Of a stretch of DNA of 64,000 nucleotides, positions 39,501 through 50,300 are shown piece by piece (position 1 is the first letter of the stretch; the number at the start of each line of letters is the position of its first letter). Origin of the DNA: a virus; IMG/VR virus record IMGVR_UViG_3300042377_000625, positions 28,344 to 92,343 of that record. One strand, given 5' to 3'. The notes below the pieces were generated by a model. It had not been told where the DNA came from. It saw nothing but the letters and a program-made list of their open reading frames with translations, and did no database searches. The position numbers were made by a program, and so were the translations under genes.

Positions 39501-41192
39501 TCAGGCACTAGCGGTAGTTCAGGTTCAAGTGGCTCATCAGGTTCATCAGGGTCTAGTGGGACAAGTGGTTCTTCAGGAACTGCAGGTACATCAGGTTCAT
39601 CAGGAACTTCAGGTACGTCTGGCTCAAGTGGTAGTAGCGGTTCATCAGGTTCAAGTGGTTCATCAGGAACTTCAGGTAGTTCAGGTTCAAGCGGTAGTAG
39701 CGGCTCTTCAGGAACTGCGGGTACTAGTGGAACGTCAGGAAGTTCAGGTTCGTCGGGGTCAAGTGGTTCTTCAGGAACTAGCGGAACTTCAGGTTCAAGT
39801 GGTAGTTCGGGGTCTTCAGGTTCTAGTGGTAGTTCGGGGTCTTCAGGAACATCAGGAACAAGCGGTTCTTCAGGAACTGCAGGTACATCAGGCACAAGCG
39901 GAAGTAGTGGAACATCGGGTAGTTCAGGAACAAGCGGTTCATCGGGGTCAAGTGGTTCTTCAGGAAGTAGCGGTTCTTCAGGAACTGCGGGTACAAGTGG
40001 AAGTAGTGGAACATCGGGGTCAAGCGGTTCTTCGGGTTCATCAGGTTCTAGTGGAAGTAGTGGAACTTCGGGTTCTTCGGGTAGTTCAGGAACAAGTGGT
40101 TCATCAGGAACTGCGGGTACAAGCGGAACATCAGGTAGTTCAGGTTCATCAGGAACTTCAGGGAGTAGTGGAACATCGGGTTCATCAGGAACCGCGGGTA
40201 CAAGCGGAAGTAGTGGAACATCGGGAACATCAGGTTCTAGTGGTAGTTCGGGTTCTTCAGGAACTGCGGGTACAAGTGGAACATCAGGTTCAAGTGGTTC
40301 CTCAGGTAGTTCAGGGTCTAGTGGTACAAGTGGAACGTCAGGTTCTTCAGGAACAAGCGGGTCTTCAGGTTCTTCAGGAACATCGGGTTCAAGTGGAACT
40401 GCAGGTACATCAGGAAGTAGTGGAACATCAGGAACAAGTGGTTCTTCAGGAACATCGGGTACGTCAGGTAGTTCAGGAACATCGGGTACGTCAGGTAGTT
40501 CAGGAACATCGGGTACGAGCGGAACTTCAGGTACGAGTGGCTCATCAGGAACATCGGGTAGTTCGGGCTCAAGCGGAACATCAGGTAGTTCTGGTTCATC
40601 AGGAACAAGCGGTTCTTCAGGAACATCGGGTACAAGTGGTTCTTCGGGAACTACGGGTACGAGCGGAACAAGTGGTTTGCAAGGAACTAGTGGGACATCA
40701 GGGACAAGTGGGACATCAGGTTCTTCAGGTACAAGTGGTTTATCTCCTGTCGTATCAGGTAATGATAATGAAGTATTAACTTCAGATGGTGCGGGTGGTA
40801 TAACATCAGAACCTAATTTAACCTTTGATGGTACTACTTTAGGAATAACAGGTGACACTATTGAACAAGGTAATCAGTCATTACAATCATGTAGAGAAAC
40901 AGGTGTTACAACAACAACATTAATTTGTCGTTTTCCATTCGCATCAGGTTCAAGTGCAACATTTGATTATTACGTATACGATTCTGGAACAAACGCGATG
41001 AGAAGTGGTATTATTATGACAGTGTGGGACGGAACTAATACGGCATTTACTGATAGTTCAACACCTGATTTAAACGCTTCAACGGTGGCGGTTAAATTCT
41101 ACACAGTAATTATAGGTTCAAATCTTGAGTTGTACGCAGCAATTGGAGGCGGAACTTGGGATATAAGTGTAGGAACAAGGATTGTCTTCTAA
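33540..41192 (+). CDS. Giant Gly-X-Y (Ser/Thr/Asp) repeat fibre protein 1, 2550 aa
   Basis: Short N-terminal anchor; about 2350 aa with Gly at every third residue; C-terminal fibre-like domain (NEVLTSDG...EPNLTFDG); late motif at 33516. Confidence 0.85.
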   Translation: MPNYQRLTDRTQAPIVSPDDIVHIVITGDTSQNPAGSSYKASIQQIADALSLAGTSGTAGTSGVNGSSGTSGVNGSSGSSGQNGTSGLSGSSGSSGTSGSSGSSGSSGTKGTSGSSGTSGISGSSGTSGSSGSSGSSGSSGSSGSSGSSGSSGSSGTNGSSGTNGSSGTNGSSGSSGSSGESGSSGTSGTSGSSGSSGSSGSSGTNGSSGTNGSSGTNGSSGTSGSSGTDGSSGTSGTDGSSGTSGTDGSSGTSGSSGTSGIDGSSGTSGTDGSSGTSGADGSSGTSGSSGISGVNGSSGTSGISGTDGSSGTSGNSGSSGTSGTDGSSGTSGSSGTSGTNGSSGTSGTDGSSGTSGTDGSSGTSGIDGSSGTSGTDGSSGTDGSSGTSGTDGSSGTSGSSGTDGSSGTSGTDGSSGTSGTDGSSGTSGSSGTDGSSGTSGTDGSSGTSGSSGLSGVDGSSGTSGTDGSSGTDGSSGTSGTDGSSGTSGSSGTDGSSGTSGTDGSSGTSGSSGTSGSSGTSGTDGSSGTSGTDGSSGTSGTDGSSGTSGSSGISGVNGTNGTSGSSGTSGTDGSSGTSGSSGTDGSSGTSGTNGSSGTSGTDGSSGTSGTSGTDGSSGTSGTSGSSGLSGVDGSSGTSGTDGSSGTSGTDGSSGTSGTDGSSGTSGTSGTDGSSGTSGTSGSSGLSGVDGSSGTSGTDGSSGTSGSSGTSGTDGSSGTSGTDGSSGTSGTSGSSGSSGTSGTDGSSGTSGTDGSSGTSGSSGTDGSSGTSGSSGTSGSSGSGGSSGTSGTDGSSGTSGTDGSSGTSGTDGSSGTSGTDGSSGTSGSSGTDGSSGTSGTDGSSGTSGSSGLSGVDGSSGTSGTDGSSGTSGSSGTDGSSGTSGTSGTDGSSGTSGTSGTSGTDGSSGTSGSSGLSGVDGSSGTSGTDGSSGTDGSSGTSGSSGTSGSSGTDGSSGTSGTDGSSGTSGSSGSSGTSGTDGSSGTSGTDGSSGSSGISGVNGSSGTSGTNGSSGTSGSSGTDGSSGTSGSSGTSGTDGSSGTSGTDGSSGTSGTDGSSGTSGTDGSSGTSGTSGTDGSSGTSGTDGSSGTDGSSGTSGTDGSSGTSGTSGTDGSSGTSGTNGSSGTSGSSGLSGVDGSSGTSGTDGSSGTSGSSGTSGTDGSSGTSGTDGSSGTSGSSGTDGSSGTSGTSGTDGSSGTSGTSGTDGSSGTSGSSGTDGSSGSSGTSGTDGSSGTSGTSGTDGSSGTSGTDGSSGTSGTSGTDGSSGTSGTDGSSGTSGTDGSSGTSGTSGTDGSSGTSGTDGSSGTSGSSGLSGVDGSSGTSGIDGSSGTSGTSGTDGSSGTSGSSGSSGTSGSSGTSGTSGSSGLSGVDGSSGTSGTDGSSGTSGTDGSSGTSGTSGTDGSSGTSGTSGTDGSSGTSGTSGTDGSSGTSGTSGTDGSSGTDGSSGTSGTSGTDGSSGTSGTDGSSGTDGSSGTSGSSGISGVNGSSGTSGTSGSSGTSGSSGTSGSSGTSGSSGTSGSSGTSGSSGSSGSSGTSGSSGTSGTSGSSGSSGTSGSSGSSGTSGTDGSSGTSGSSGTSGSSGTSGSSGTSGSSGTSGTSGSSGSSGSSGTSGTSGSSGSSGSSGSSGSSGTAGTSGTSGSSGSSGTSGSSGTSGSSGTSGTSGSSGTSGTNGSSGTSGSSGSSGTSGTSGSSGTSGTSGSSGTSGSSGTSGSSGTSGSSGTNGSSGTSGTSGSSGTSGTSGSSGSSGSSGSSGTSGSSGTSGTSGSSGTSGTSGTSGTSGSSGTSGSSGTSGTSGSSGTSGTSGSSGSSGTNGSSGTSGSAGTSGTSGTSGTSGSSGTSGSSGSSGSSGSSGSSGTSGSSGSSGSSGTAGTSGSSGTSGSSGSSGTSGTSGSSGSSGSSGSSGTSGTSGSSGSSGTSGSSGTSGTSGSSGTSGTSGSSGTSGSSGTSGSSGSSGTSGTSGTSGSSGTSGSSGSSGSSGTSGSSGTSGSSGTSGTSGSSGSSGSSGSSGSSGTSGSSGTAGTSGSSGTSGTSGSSGSSGSSGSSGSSGTSGSSGSSGSSGSSGTAGTSGTSGSSGSSGSSGSSGTSGTSGSSGSSGSSGSSGSSGSSGTSGTSGSSGTAGTSGTSGSSGTSGSSGTSGSSGSSGSSGSSGSSGTAGTSGSSGTSGSSGSSGSSGSSGSSGTSGSSGSSGTSGSSGTAGTSGTSGSSGSSGTSGSSGTSGSSGTAGTSGSSGTSGTSGSSGSSGSSGTAGTSGTSGSSGSSGSSGSSGTSGTSGSSGTSGSSGSSGTSGSSGTAGTSGSSGTSGTSGSSGTSGTSGSSGTSGTSGSSGTSGTSGTSGTSGSSGTSGSSGSSGTSGSSGSSGTSGSSGTSGTSGSSGTTGTSGTSGLQGTSGTSGTSGTSGSSGTSGLSPVVSGNDNEVLTSDGAGGITSEPNLTFDGTTLGITGDTIEQGNQSLQSCRETGVTTTTLICRFPFASGSSATFDYYVYDSGTNAMRSGIIMTVWDGTNTAFTDSSTPDLNASTVAVKFYTVIIGSNLELYAAIGGGTWDISVGTRIVF
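33699..40745 (+). repeat. 9-bp-period degenerate coding repeat (GGN-WSN-WSN)
   Basis: GTS/GSS/GTD/GTA triplets with synonymous variation. Confidence 0.95.
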
Positions 41193-41213
41193 AATAAAAA
41201 CATATTAATTAAT

Positions 41214-41251
41214 AACCACCATATTACTCAAATTATATGGTGGTTTTTTTT
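41214..41251 (+). terminator. Intrinsic terminator
   Basis: AACCACCATAT...ATATGGTGGTT followed by a T run. Confidence 0.8.
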
Positions 41252-41342
41252 ATTTTAAAAAGAGAAAAGGTTATGATAACATATTTATAAGTTAATAAAC
41301 ATAGAAGAATTTTCTTTTGGAAAGTGAAAAAAGAAAAATATA

Positions 41343-44300
41343 ATGGCAAATGAATTCATAGCCCGCAATGGGGTCAAATCTTTAGGTGGCGTAACAGTAC
41401 CTTATAAATCAGTGTCAAGTGCTTATAGCGTGTCAACTGATGATTATCTTATCGAGGGGTCTTCGAATGCCCCATTTTCAGTAACATTACCCACCTCAGT
41501 TGGTATTTCGGGTAAAATATACGTTGTTAAAAATACAGGGTCAGCGACCATAACGGTAAATACAACGTCAAGCCAAACAATTGATGGTAGTACTACTAAA
41601 ACATTAACCACAGATAATTCTCTTTATGTACAGAGTAATGGTACTGGATGGTTAATTATTGGTATTAACGGAACATCAGGAACAAGTGGAACATCAGGTA
41701 GTTCGGGAACAAGTGGTTCGTCAGGTACAAGCGGAACATCGGGTTCAAGTGGAAGTAGTGGTTCATCAGGAACTTCGGGTACGTCTGGCTCAAGTGGTAG
41801 TAGCGGTTCATCAGGTTCAAGTGGGTCTTCGGGTTCATCAGGAACAAGCGGAACATCAGGTTCAAGTGGAAGTAGTGGTTCATCAGGAACTGCTGGTACA
41901 TCAGGGTCTTCAGGTTCAAGTGGTTCATCAGGATTGAGTGGAACTTCAGGAACATCAGGTTCAAGTGGAAGTAGTGGTTCATCAGGAACTGCGGGAACAA
42001 GCGGAAGTTCAGGGTCTAGTGGGTCTTCAGGTACATCAGGAAGTTCAGGTTCTTCAGGGACTGCGGGCACAAGTGGAAGTTCAGGCTCTAGCGGGTCATC
42101 TGGTAGTAGTGGTACATCAGGGTCTTCAGGTTCAAGCGGAACAAGTGGTACGTCAGGTAGTTCAGGAACTGCGGGTACTTCAGGCTCAAGTGGTGTAAGT
42201 GGTACATCAGGAACATCAGGTTCTTCGGGGTCTAGTGGTTCTTCAGGTACATCAGGAACAGGTGGTACTTCAGGTTCAAGTGGAACATCAGGCTCAAGTG
42301 GAAGTAGTGGTAGTTCGGGTTCATCAGGAACTGCGGGTACTTCAGGTAGTTCAGGTTCTTCAGGAACAAGTGGTTCTTCAGGTACTTCAGGTAGTTCGGG
42401 AACAAGCGGAACTTCGGGCTCTTCAGGTACTAGTGGAACGTCAGGTAGTTCAGGTACAAGTGGAACATCAGGCTCAAGTGGAAGTAGTGGTAGTTCAGGT
42501 TCAAGTGGGTCTTCAGGAACTGCGGGTACATCAGGTAGTGCTGGTACAAGTGGAACATCAGGTTCATCAGGAAGTTCAGGTTCAAGCGGTACTAGCGGTT
42601 CTTCAGGAACTTCAGGTAGTGCTGGTACAAGTGGAACATCAGGAACAAGCGGTTCATCAGGGACTAGCGGAACAAGTGGTTCGTCAGGTAGTTCAGGTTC
42701 AAGTGGGTCGTCAGGTAGTTCAGGTTCAAGTGGTACTGCGGGTACAAGTGGTTCTTCAGGAACTAGCGGAACATCAGGTAGTTCAGGTTCAAGCGGAAGT
42801 TCAGGTGTAAGTGGTACATCAGGAACCTCAGGTTCTTCAGGAAGCTCAGGTTCAAGTGGTTCTTCAGGTAGTGCTGGTACAAGTGGGACATCAGGTTCAT
42901 CTGGTTCAAGTGGTTCTTCAGGAACTAGCGGAACATCAGGTTCAAGTGGAACTGCGGGAACAAGTGGCTCATCAGGTAGTTCAGGTTCAAGTGGAACTTC
43001 AGGTTCAAGTGGTAGTAGTGGCTCGTCAGGTTCCTCGGGGACAAGCGGTACGTCAGGCTCAAGTGGTAGTTCAGGTTCTTCAGGAACATCTGGAACTAGC
43101 GGAACATCAGGTTCATCAGGAACTTCGGGAACGTCAGGTTCATCAGGAACTGCGGGAACGTCAGGTTCTAGTGGAAGTTCAGGTTCAAGTGGTTCTTCAG
43201 GTAGTTCGGGTTCAAGCGGAACATCAGGTACTTCAGGTTCATCAGGAACTAGCGGAACAAGTGGTTCTTCAGGTAGTTCGGGTTCAAGCGGAAGTAGTGG
43301 AACAAGCGGAAGTAGTGGAACATCAGGAACTTCAGGTTCATCAGGAACTTCAGGTTCATCAGGTACCTCAGGGTCAAGTGGAAGTAGTGGTTCATCAGGT
43401 TCAAGTGGTTCTTCAGGTACTTCAGGTAGTACTGGTACAAGTGGGACATCAGGAACAAGCGGTTCTTCAGGAACTGCGGGTACATCAGGAAGTAGTGGAA
43501 GTTCGGGTTCGAGTGGTTCTTCAGGAACTAGCGGTACTTCAGGGTCATCAGGAACAAGTGGTTCTTCAGGAAGTTCGGGTACATCAGGAACTAGAGGTAC
43601 TTCAGGTTCTTCAGGAACATCAGGAACAAGTGGAACGTCAGGTTCAAGTGGAAGTAGTGGTTCATCAGGGACTGCGGGTACAAGTGGCTCATCAGGGACT
43701 GCAGGTACTAGCGGTAGTTCGGGGTCAAGTGGGTCTTCGGGTTCGAGTGGTAGTAGCGGTTCTTCAGGAACTTCTGGAACTAGAGGTACGTCAGGTTCTT
43801 CGGGGACTAGCGGAACATCAGGTTCGTCAGGTACTAGCGGAACTTCAGGTTCAAGTGGAATTAGTGGTGTTAATGGAACTAATGGTACATCAGGTTCTTC
43901 GGGTTCAAGTGGAAGTAGTGGAACATCAGGGTCTTCAGGTACTAGCGGTTCTTCAGGTAGTTCAGGTAGTTCAGGTTCAAGTGGTTCTTCAGGAACATCA
44001 GGTTCGAGTGGAACATCAGGAACTAGAGGTACGTCAGGTTCTTCGGGAACGAGTGGTACATCAGGAACGAGTGGTACATCAGGTTCATCGGGTTCAAGCG
44101 GAAGTAGTGGCTCATCAGGAACTGCTGGTACGAGTGGAAGTTCAGGCTCAAGTGGCTCGTCAGGTACAAGCGGTTCATCAGGTTCAAGCGGTAGTTCGGG
44201 TTCGAGTGGAAGTAGCGGAACATCAGGAACTGCGGGAACGTCAGGTTCTAGTGGAAGTTCAGGAACATCAGGGTCGAGTGGTTCTTCAGGTTCTTCAGGA

Positions 44301-47300
44301 AGTAGTGGAAGTTCAGGTACAAGTGGTTCTTCTGGAACTTCAGGCTCATCAGGCTCATCAGGAACTGCGGGTAGTTCAGGTACGAGCGGAACGTCAGGTT
44401 CATCAGGAACAAGCGGAACGTCAGGGAGTTCGGGCTCAAGTGGTACATCTGGAACAAGTGGAACGTCAGGTTCTTCAGGGTCAAGTGGTACGAGTGGTAT
44501 AAGCGGAACCTCAGGTACTAGCGGAACATCAGGTAGTAGTGGTAGTTCAGGTTCTTCTGGGTCAAGTGGTTCTTCAGGAACTGCGGGCACATCAGGAAGT
44601 GCGGGAACAAGCGGAACTTCAGGTAGTTCAGGTTCAAGTGGTAGTAGTGGTTCTTCAGGAACTGCGGGTACATCAGGAAGTAGTGGAAGTTCGGGCTCGA
44701 GTGGTTCTTCAGGAACATCGGGTACAAGCGGAAGTTCGGGTTCATCAGGTTCTTCGGGGACTAGCGGAACTTCAGGTACATCAGGTAGTTCAGGTTCAAG
44801 CGGTTCATCAGGAACTAGCGGAACATCAGGTTCAAGTGGTTCTTCAGGTAGTTCAGGTTCAAGCGGAACATCAGGTTCTAGTGGTTCATCAGGAAGTAGT
44901 GGAAGTTCAGGGACTGCGGGTACATCAGGTAGTGCTGGTACAAGTGGAACATCAGGTTCTAGCGGTTCGTCAGGAAGTAGTGGAAGTTCAGGGACTGCAG
45001 GTACAAGTGGAACATCAGGTTCTAGCGGTTCTTCGGGTACATCAGGTTCAAGCGGTACATCAGGTTCAAGCGGTAGTAGTGGTTCTTCAGGTACTTCAGG
45101 AACAAGAGGTACGTCAGGTTCTTCAGGGACAAGTGGAACTAGCGGAACATCAGGAACTAGCGGAACATCAGGCTCAAGTGGTAGTAGTGGTTCATCAGGA
45201 ACAAGTGGAACAAGTGGGTCTTCAGGTTCAAGTGGGAGTAGTGGTAGTTCGGGTTCATCAGGAACTGCGGGTACATCTGGCTCAAGTGGAACTGCGGGAA
45301 CAAGCGGTTCGTCAGGTAGTTCAGGGTCTAGTGGTTCTTCAGGTTCAAGTGGAAGTTCGGGAGTAAGCGGTACGTCAGGAACTAGTGGAACATCAGGTTC
45401 GAGTGGTACATCAGGTACGTCAGGAAGTTCAGGGTCATCAGGTTCTTCGGGTAGTTCAGGCTCAAGTGGAACAAGTGGTTCATCAGGAACTAGCGGTACT
45501 TCAGGTTCAAGTGGTTCATCAGGAACCTCAGGTTCAAGTGGTTCGTCAGGTAGTTCAGGTTCAAGTGGAAGTAGTGGTTCATCAGGAACATCAGGAACTA
45601 GAGGTACGTCAGGGTCTTCAGGTACAAGTGGAACAAGTGGTTCATCAGGTACAAGTGGAACTTCAGGTTCTAGTGGAAGTAGTGGTTCGTCAGGTACATC
45701 TGGCTCAAGTGGGACTGCGGGAACAAGTGGTTCATCAGGAAGTTCAGGTTCAAGTGGTAGTTCAGGTTCAAGCGGTAGTAGCGGGTCGTCAGGCTCAAGT
45801 GGTACTTCAGGGACAAGCGGTTCATCAGGTAGTTCAGGTTCTAGTGGTAGTAGTGGAACTTCAGGAACAAGAGGTACGTCAGGTTCTTCGGGAACAAGTG
45901 GAACTAGCGGAACGTCAGGTTCAAGTGGTAGTAGTGGTTCTTCAGGAACATCAGGATTAAGTGGTACTTCAGGCACTAGCGGAACATCAGGTAGTAGTGG
46001 TTCTTCAGGTAGTTCAGGTTCAAGTGGAAGTTCGGGGGTAAGTGGTACATCAGGAACTAGCGGAACATCGGGCTCTTCAGGAAGTTCAGGTTCGAGTGGG
46101 AGTAGTGGCTCTTCAGGAACATCAGGTAGTTCGGGGTCAAGTGGTAGTAGCGGTTCATCAGGTACTAGTGGTAGTAGCGGTTCTTCAGGAAGTTCGGGTA
46201 CATCAGGAACTAGAGGTACTTCAGGTTCTTCAGGAACAAGTGGAACTTCAGGATTAAATGGGACTGCAGGAACTAGCGGAACTTCAGGGTCAAGTGGTTC
46301 TTCAGGTACAAGTGGAACAAGTGGGTCTAGTGGTAGTTCAGGTTCAAGCGGTAGTAGCGGTTCATCAGGAACTAGCGGAACGTCAGGTTCTTCAGGTAGT
46401 AGTGGTTCGTCAGGTTTGTCAGGTACAAGTGGAACATCAGGTTCATCAGGAAGTTCAGGTTCAAGTGGGTCTTCAGGAAGTTCAGGAACATCAGGTTCAT
46501 CTGGTAGTAGTGGTTCTTCAGGTTCTTCGGGAACAAGTGGTTCTTCAGGTTCTAGTGGAACTTCAGGTACTAGAGGTACGTCAGGTAGTTCAGGAACAAG
46601 TGGGACTTCAGGTTTAAGTGGAACATCAGGTACTAGCGGAACGTCAGGCTCAAGCGGTTCTTCAGGTTCAAGTGGTTCATCAGGAACTGCGGGAACATCA
46701 GGTAGTTCAGGGTCAAGCGGCAGTAGCGGTTCATCAGGAACTGCGGGAACATCAGGTAGTTCAGGAACTAGTGGTTCTTCGGGTTCAAGTGGTAGTAGTG
46801 GTTCATCAGGTACGTCAGGGTCAAGTGGTTCTAGCGGTAGTTCAGGAACTTCAGGTACAAGAGGTACTTCGGGGTCAAGTGGTACTAGTGGTGTGAGCGG
46901 TACATCAGGTACTAGCGGAACATCAGGTACTAGCGGAACATCAGGAAGTAGTGGTTCTTCAGGAAGTTCAGGTTCAAGTGGTGTAAGTGGTACTTCAGGG
47001 ACTGCTGGTACATCAGGAAGTAGCGGGTCATCAGGTTCAAGTGGTTCTTCAGGTTCTTCAGGAAGTTCAGGTTCTAGTGGAACTTCAGGTACATCAGGTT
47101 CGAGTGGTAGTTCGGGTTCTAGCGGTAGTTCGGGGATAAGTGGAACATCAGGAACATCAGGTTCATCTGGTAGTAGTGGTTCTTCAGGTTCTAGTGGAAC
47201 TTCAGGTACTAGAGGTACGTCAGGTAGTTCAGGAACAAGTGGGACTTCAGGTTTAAGTGGGACTGCGGGAACTAGCGGAACGTCAGGTTCAAGTGGTAGT

Positions 47301-50300
47301 TCAGGTTCAAGCGGTTCTTCAGGAACTGCGGGAACATCAGGTAGTTCAGGGTCAAGTGGTAGTAGCGGTTCATCAGGAACAAGTGGAACGTCAGGTTCTT
47401 CGGGTAGTAGTGGTAGTTCAGGTTCTTCGGGTTCAAGTGGGACATCGGGTACTAGAGGTACTTCAGGTTCATCAGGAACTAGCGGAACATCAGGTTCTTC
47501 AGGAACTAGCGGAACATCAGGAAGTAGTGGTTCTTCAGGAAGCTCAGGTTCATCAGGAAGTTCAGGCTCATCAGGAACTTCAGGTGTTAGCGGTTCTTCA
47601 GGAAGTTCAGGTACAAGTGGTTCTTCAGGGTCAAGTGGTTCATCAGGAAGCTCAGGTGTTAGTGGTTCTTCAGGTAGTTCAGGTTCATCAGGAACTAGCG
47701 GAACATCAGGTTCTTCAGGTAGTTCAGGAAGTTCAGGTTCAAGCGGAACATCAGGTACTAGAGGTACTTCAGGTTCTTCAGGAACTGCGGGTACGAGTGG
47801 GGTTAATGGAGCTTCATCATGTATCACATGGTTATCAGATACTTCGAATACAACTATACCAGCATCAACTCGTATTTCTTACGGACCTGTAAACGTTATT
47901 AATAGTTTAAACACAATATACGTAAATAAAACATCATATAATCCTAGTGTTGATACATCGGCTTGGTGGACAGGGTTACAAAACTACGTAACTGCAAATG
48001 GTGCGGGTAGTGCTTATATAACAGTTGTTGAAGTTGAAACAGGATTGGTTGGGATATATACCGTAAACTCAGTTTCATTAGCGGGCAATGTTTACACAGT
48101 GTCTGTGGCGGTTAATAGTGGAGGTGTTAGTTCATGGACAAACAATTATAATCATTGTATAAATTGGGTTGGAAGTGGTAAATCAGGGACAAGTGGAACA
48201 TCGGGAACTAGAGGTACTTCAGGTTCATCAGGAACTAGCGGAACATCAGGAACAAGTGGTTCAAGCGGTTCTTCGGGAAGTTCAGGTTCAAGTGGTTCTT
48301 CAGGAAGTTCAGGTTCAAGCGGTTCTTCAGGAACTTCAGGTACAAGTGGTTCTTCAGGGTCAAGTGGTTCTTCAGGAACTTCAGGTGTTAGCGGTTCTTC
48401 AGGAAGTTCAGGTACAAGTGGTTCTTCAGGTAGTTCAGGTTCAAGTGGAAGTAGCGGTAGTTCAGGAACTAGTGGAATTTCAGGTTCAAGTGGTAGTTCA
48501 GGTTCATCAGGTTCAAGTGGAAGTTCAGGTTCATCAGGAACAAGTGGAACATCGGGTTCAAGTGGTAGTTCAGGAAGTTCAGGTTCAAGTGGAACATCGG
48601 GTACTAGAGGTACTTCAGGTTCTTCAGGAACATCAGGTACAAGTGGAACGTCAGGAAGTTCAGGTTCAAGCGGTTCTTCAGGAACTAGCGGAACATCAGG
48701 TAGTTCAGGTTCATCAGGAACGTCAGGTTCAAGTGGTTCTTCAGGTAGTTCAGGTTCAAGTGGTTCGTCAGGAACTGCGGGTACGTCAGGAGTTTCAGGA
48801 GCATCGGGCGTTTCAGGAACAAGTGGGACATCAGGAAATTCAGGGTCAAGCGGTACTAGCGGAACTTCAGGAAGTTCAGGTTCATCAGGAAGTTCAGGTT
48901 CAAGTGGTACTAGCGGAAATTCAGGTTCATCAGGAAGTTCAGGTTCAAGTGGTTCTTCAGGTAGTTCAGGAAGTAGTGGTACATCAGGTAGTTCAGGAAG
49001 TAGCGGTACATCAGGTAGTTCAGGTTCTTCAGGAAGTTCAGGAACATCAGGTACTAGAGGTACTTCAGGTTCTTCAGGAACATCAGGAACAAGTGGAACA
49101 TCAGGTTCATCGGGCTCATCAGGAAGTAGCGGCTCATCAGGGTCTTCAGGAACAAGTGGAGTATCAGGTTCATCAGGTTCATCAGGTTCATCAGGTTCAT
49201 CAGGTTCATCAGGTTCAAGTGGTACTAGCGGAAATTCAGGTTCATCAGGAAGTTCAGGAAGTAGTGGTTCTTCAGGTTCAAGTGGAACATCGGGTACTAG
49301 AGGTACTTCAGGTTCGTCAGGTACTTCAGGTACTTCAGGTTCGTCAGGAACAAGTGGTATTACCGCAAATGATGGGTCAAACTCAGGTAGATGGGAATAT
49401 AAAGGAGTTGGGGTTGGGTTGGACCCATTAGCAACACGTTTCGCGACAAGTAATGCAACTCAAGGGTTATATAACAATTTGACAATTAATGTATTAGACT
49501 ATGCTGGGACTAATTATACAAATTGGTTTAAAGCTCTTGCGTTAGTTGTTGGATTAGGTAATAAAGTATTTTTCCAAGTAACTAAATTAGGGGATAATTC
49601 TAATATTGCAATTTATGAGATAACAACCATAGTTGATAACACTACATGGTTTGATATTAACTTTTCTTCAAGTTTAGTTGGAAGTGGTGTGTTAACCAGT
49701 GGTGATGTATGTACAATTTCATGGGTTTATAATGGTAAATCGGGAACAAACGGAACTTCAGGTTCAAGTGGAACATCGGGTACTAGAGGTACTTCAGGTT
49801 CATCAGGAACTAGCGGAACGTCAGGAACAAGTGGTTCATCAGGAAGTTCAGGAAGTAGCGGTTCTTCAGGAAGTTCAGGAACATCAGGTACTAGAGGTAC
49901 TTCAGGTTCTTCAGGAACATCAGGAACAAGTGGAACATCAGGTTCTTCGGGTAGCTCAGGTAGTTCAGGAAGTTCAGGTTCATCAGGAAGTTCAGGTTCA
50001 AGCGGATTGACGGGTGTTGCAGGAACTTCAGGTACATCAGGTGGTGGTGGTGGTTCCATTGCGATTTACGATGAGGGTACTTTAGTAACATCAAGTGCGG
50101 TTAGTTTAAATTTTGCGGGTACTTGTATAACGGCGGTTGATGATGGTGGTGGAGCAATTACCGTTGGAATTGACTGCTCAAAGATATATGTAATTGCTTC
50201 AACTTCAGCAACCATTGGTGACTTTCAAGTGAATGAATCTCTCGACAATTATCGTATTGGAGACTCGGCTTGCGGATGGAATGGATGTGAATGGACTGTC

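Noticed and set aside
33782-40858. 2358-aa antisense Pro/Glu/Val ORF (and the 2067-aa one at 41624-47827)
   Set aside because: Shadow of the GGN-WSN-WSN repeat, which lacks stops in that frame; nearly coextensive with the repeat and has no unique domain
33595-50010. Many +1-frame Val/Gln/Glu/His ORFs, also 63554-63805
   Set aside because: Alternative-frame shadows of the same repeats
33699-50052. Repeats as a CRISPR array or non-coding satellite
   Set aside because: No repeat-spacer structure; variation is mostly synonymous and frame-preserving
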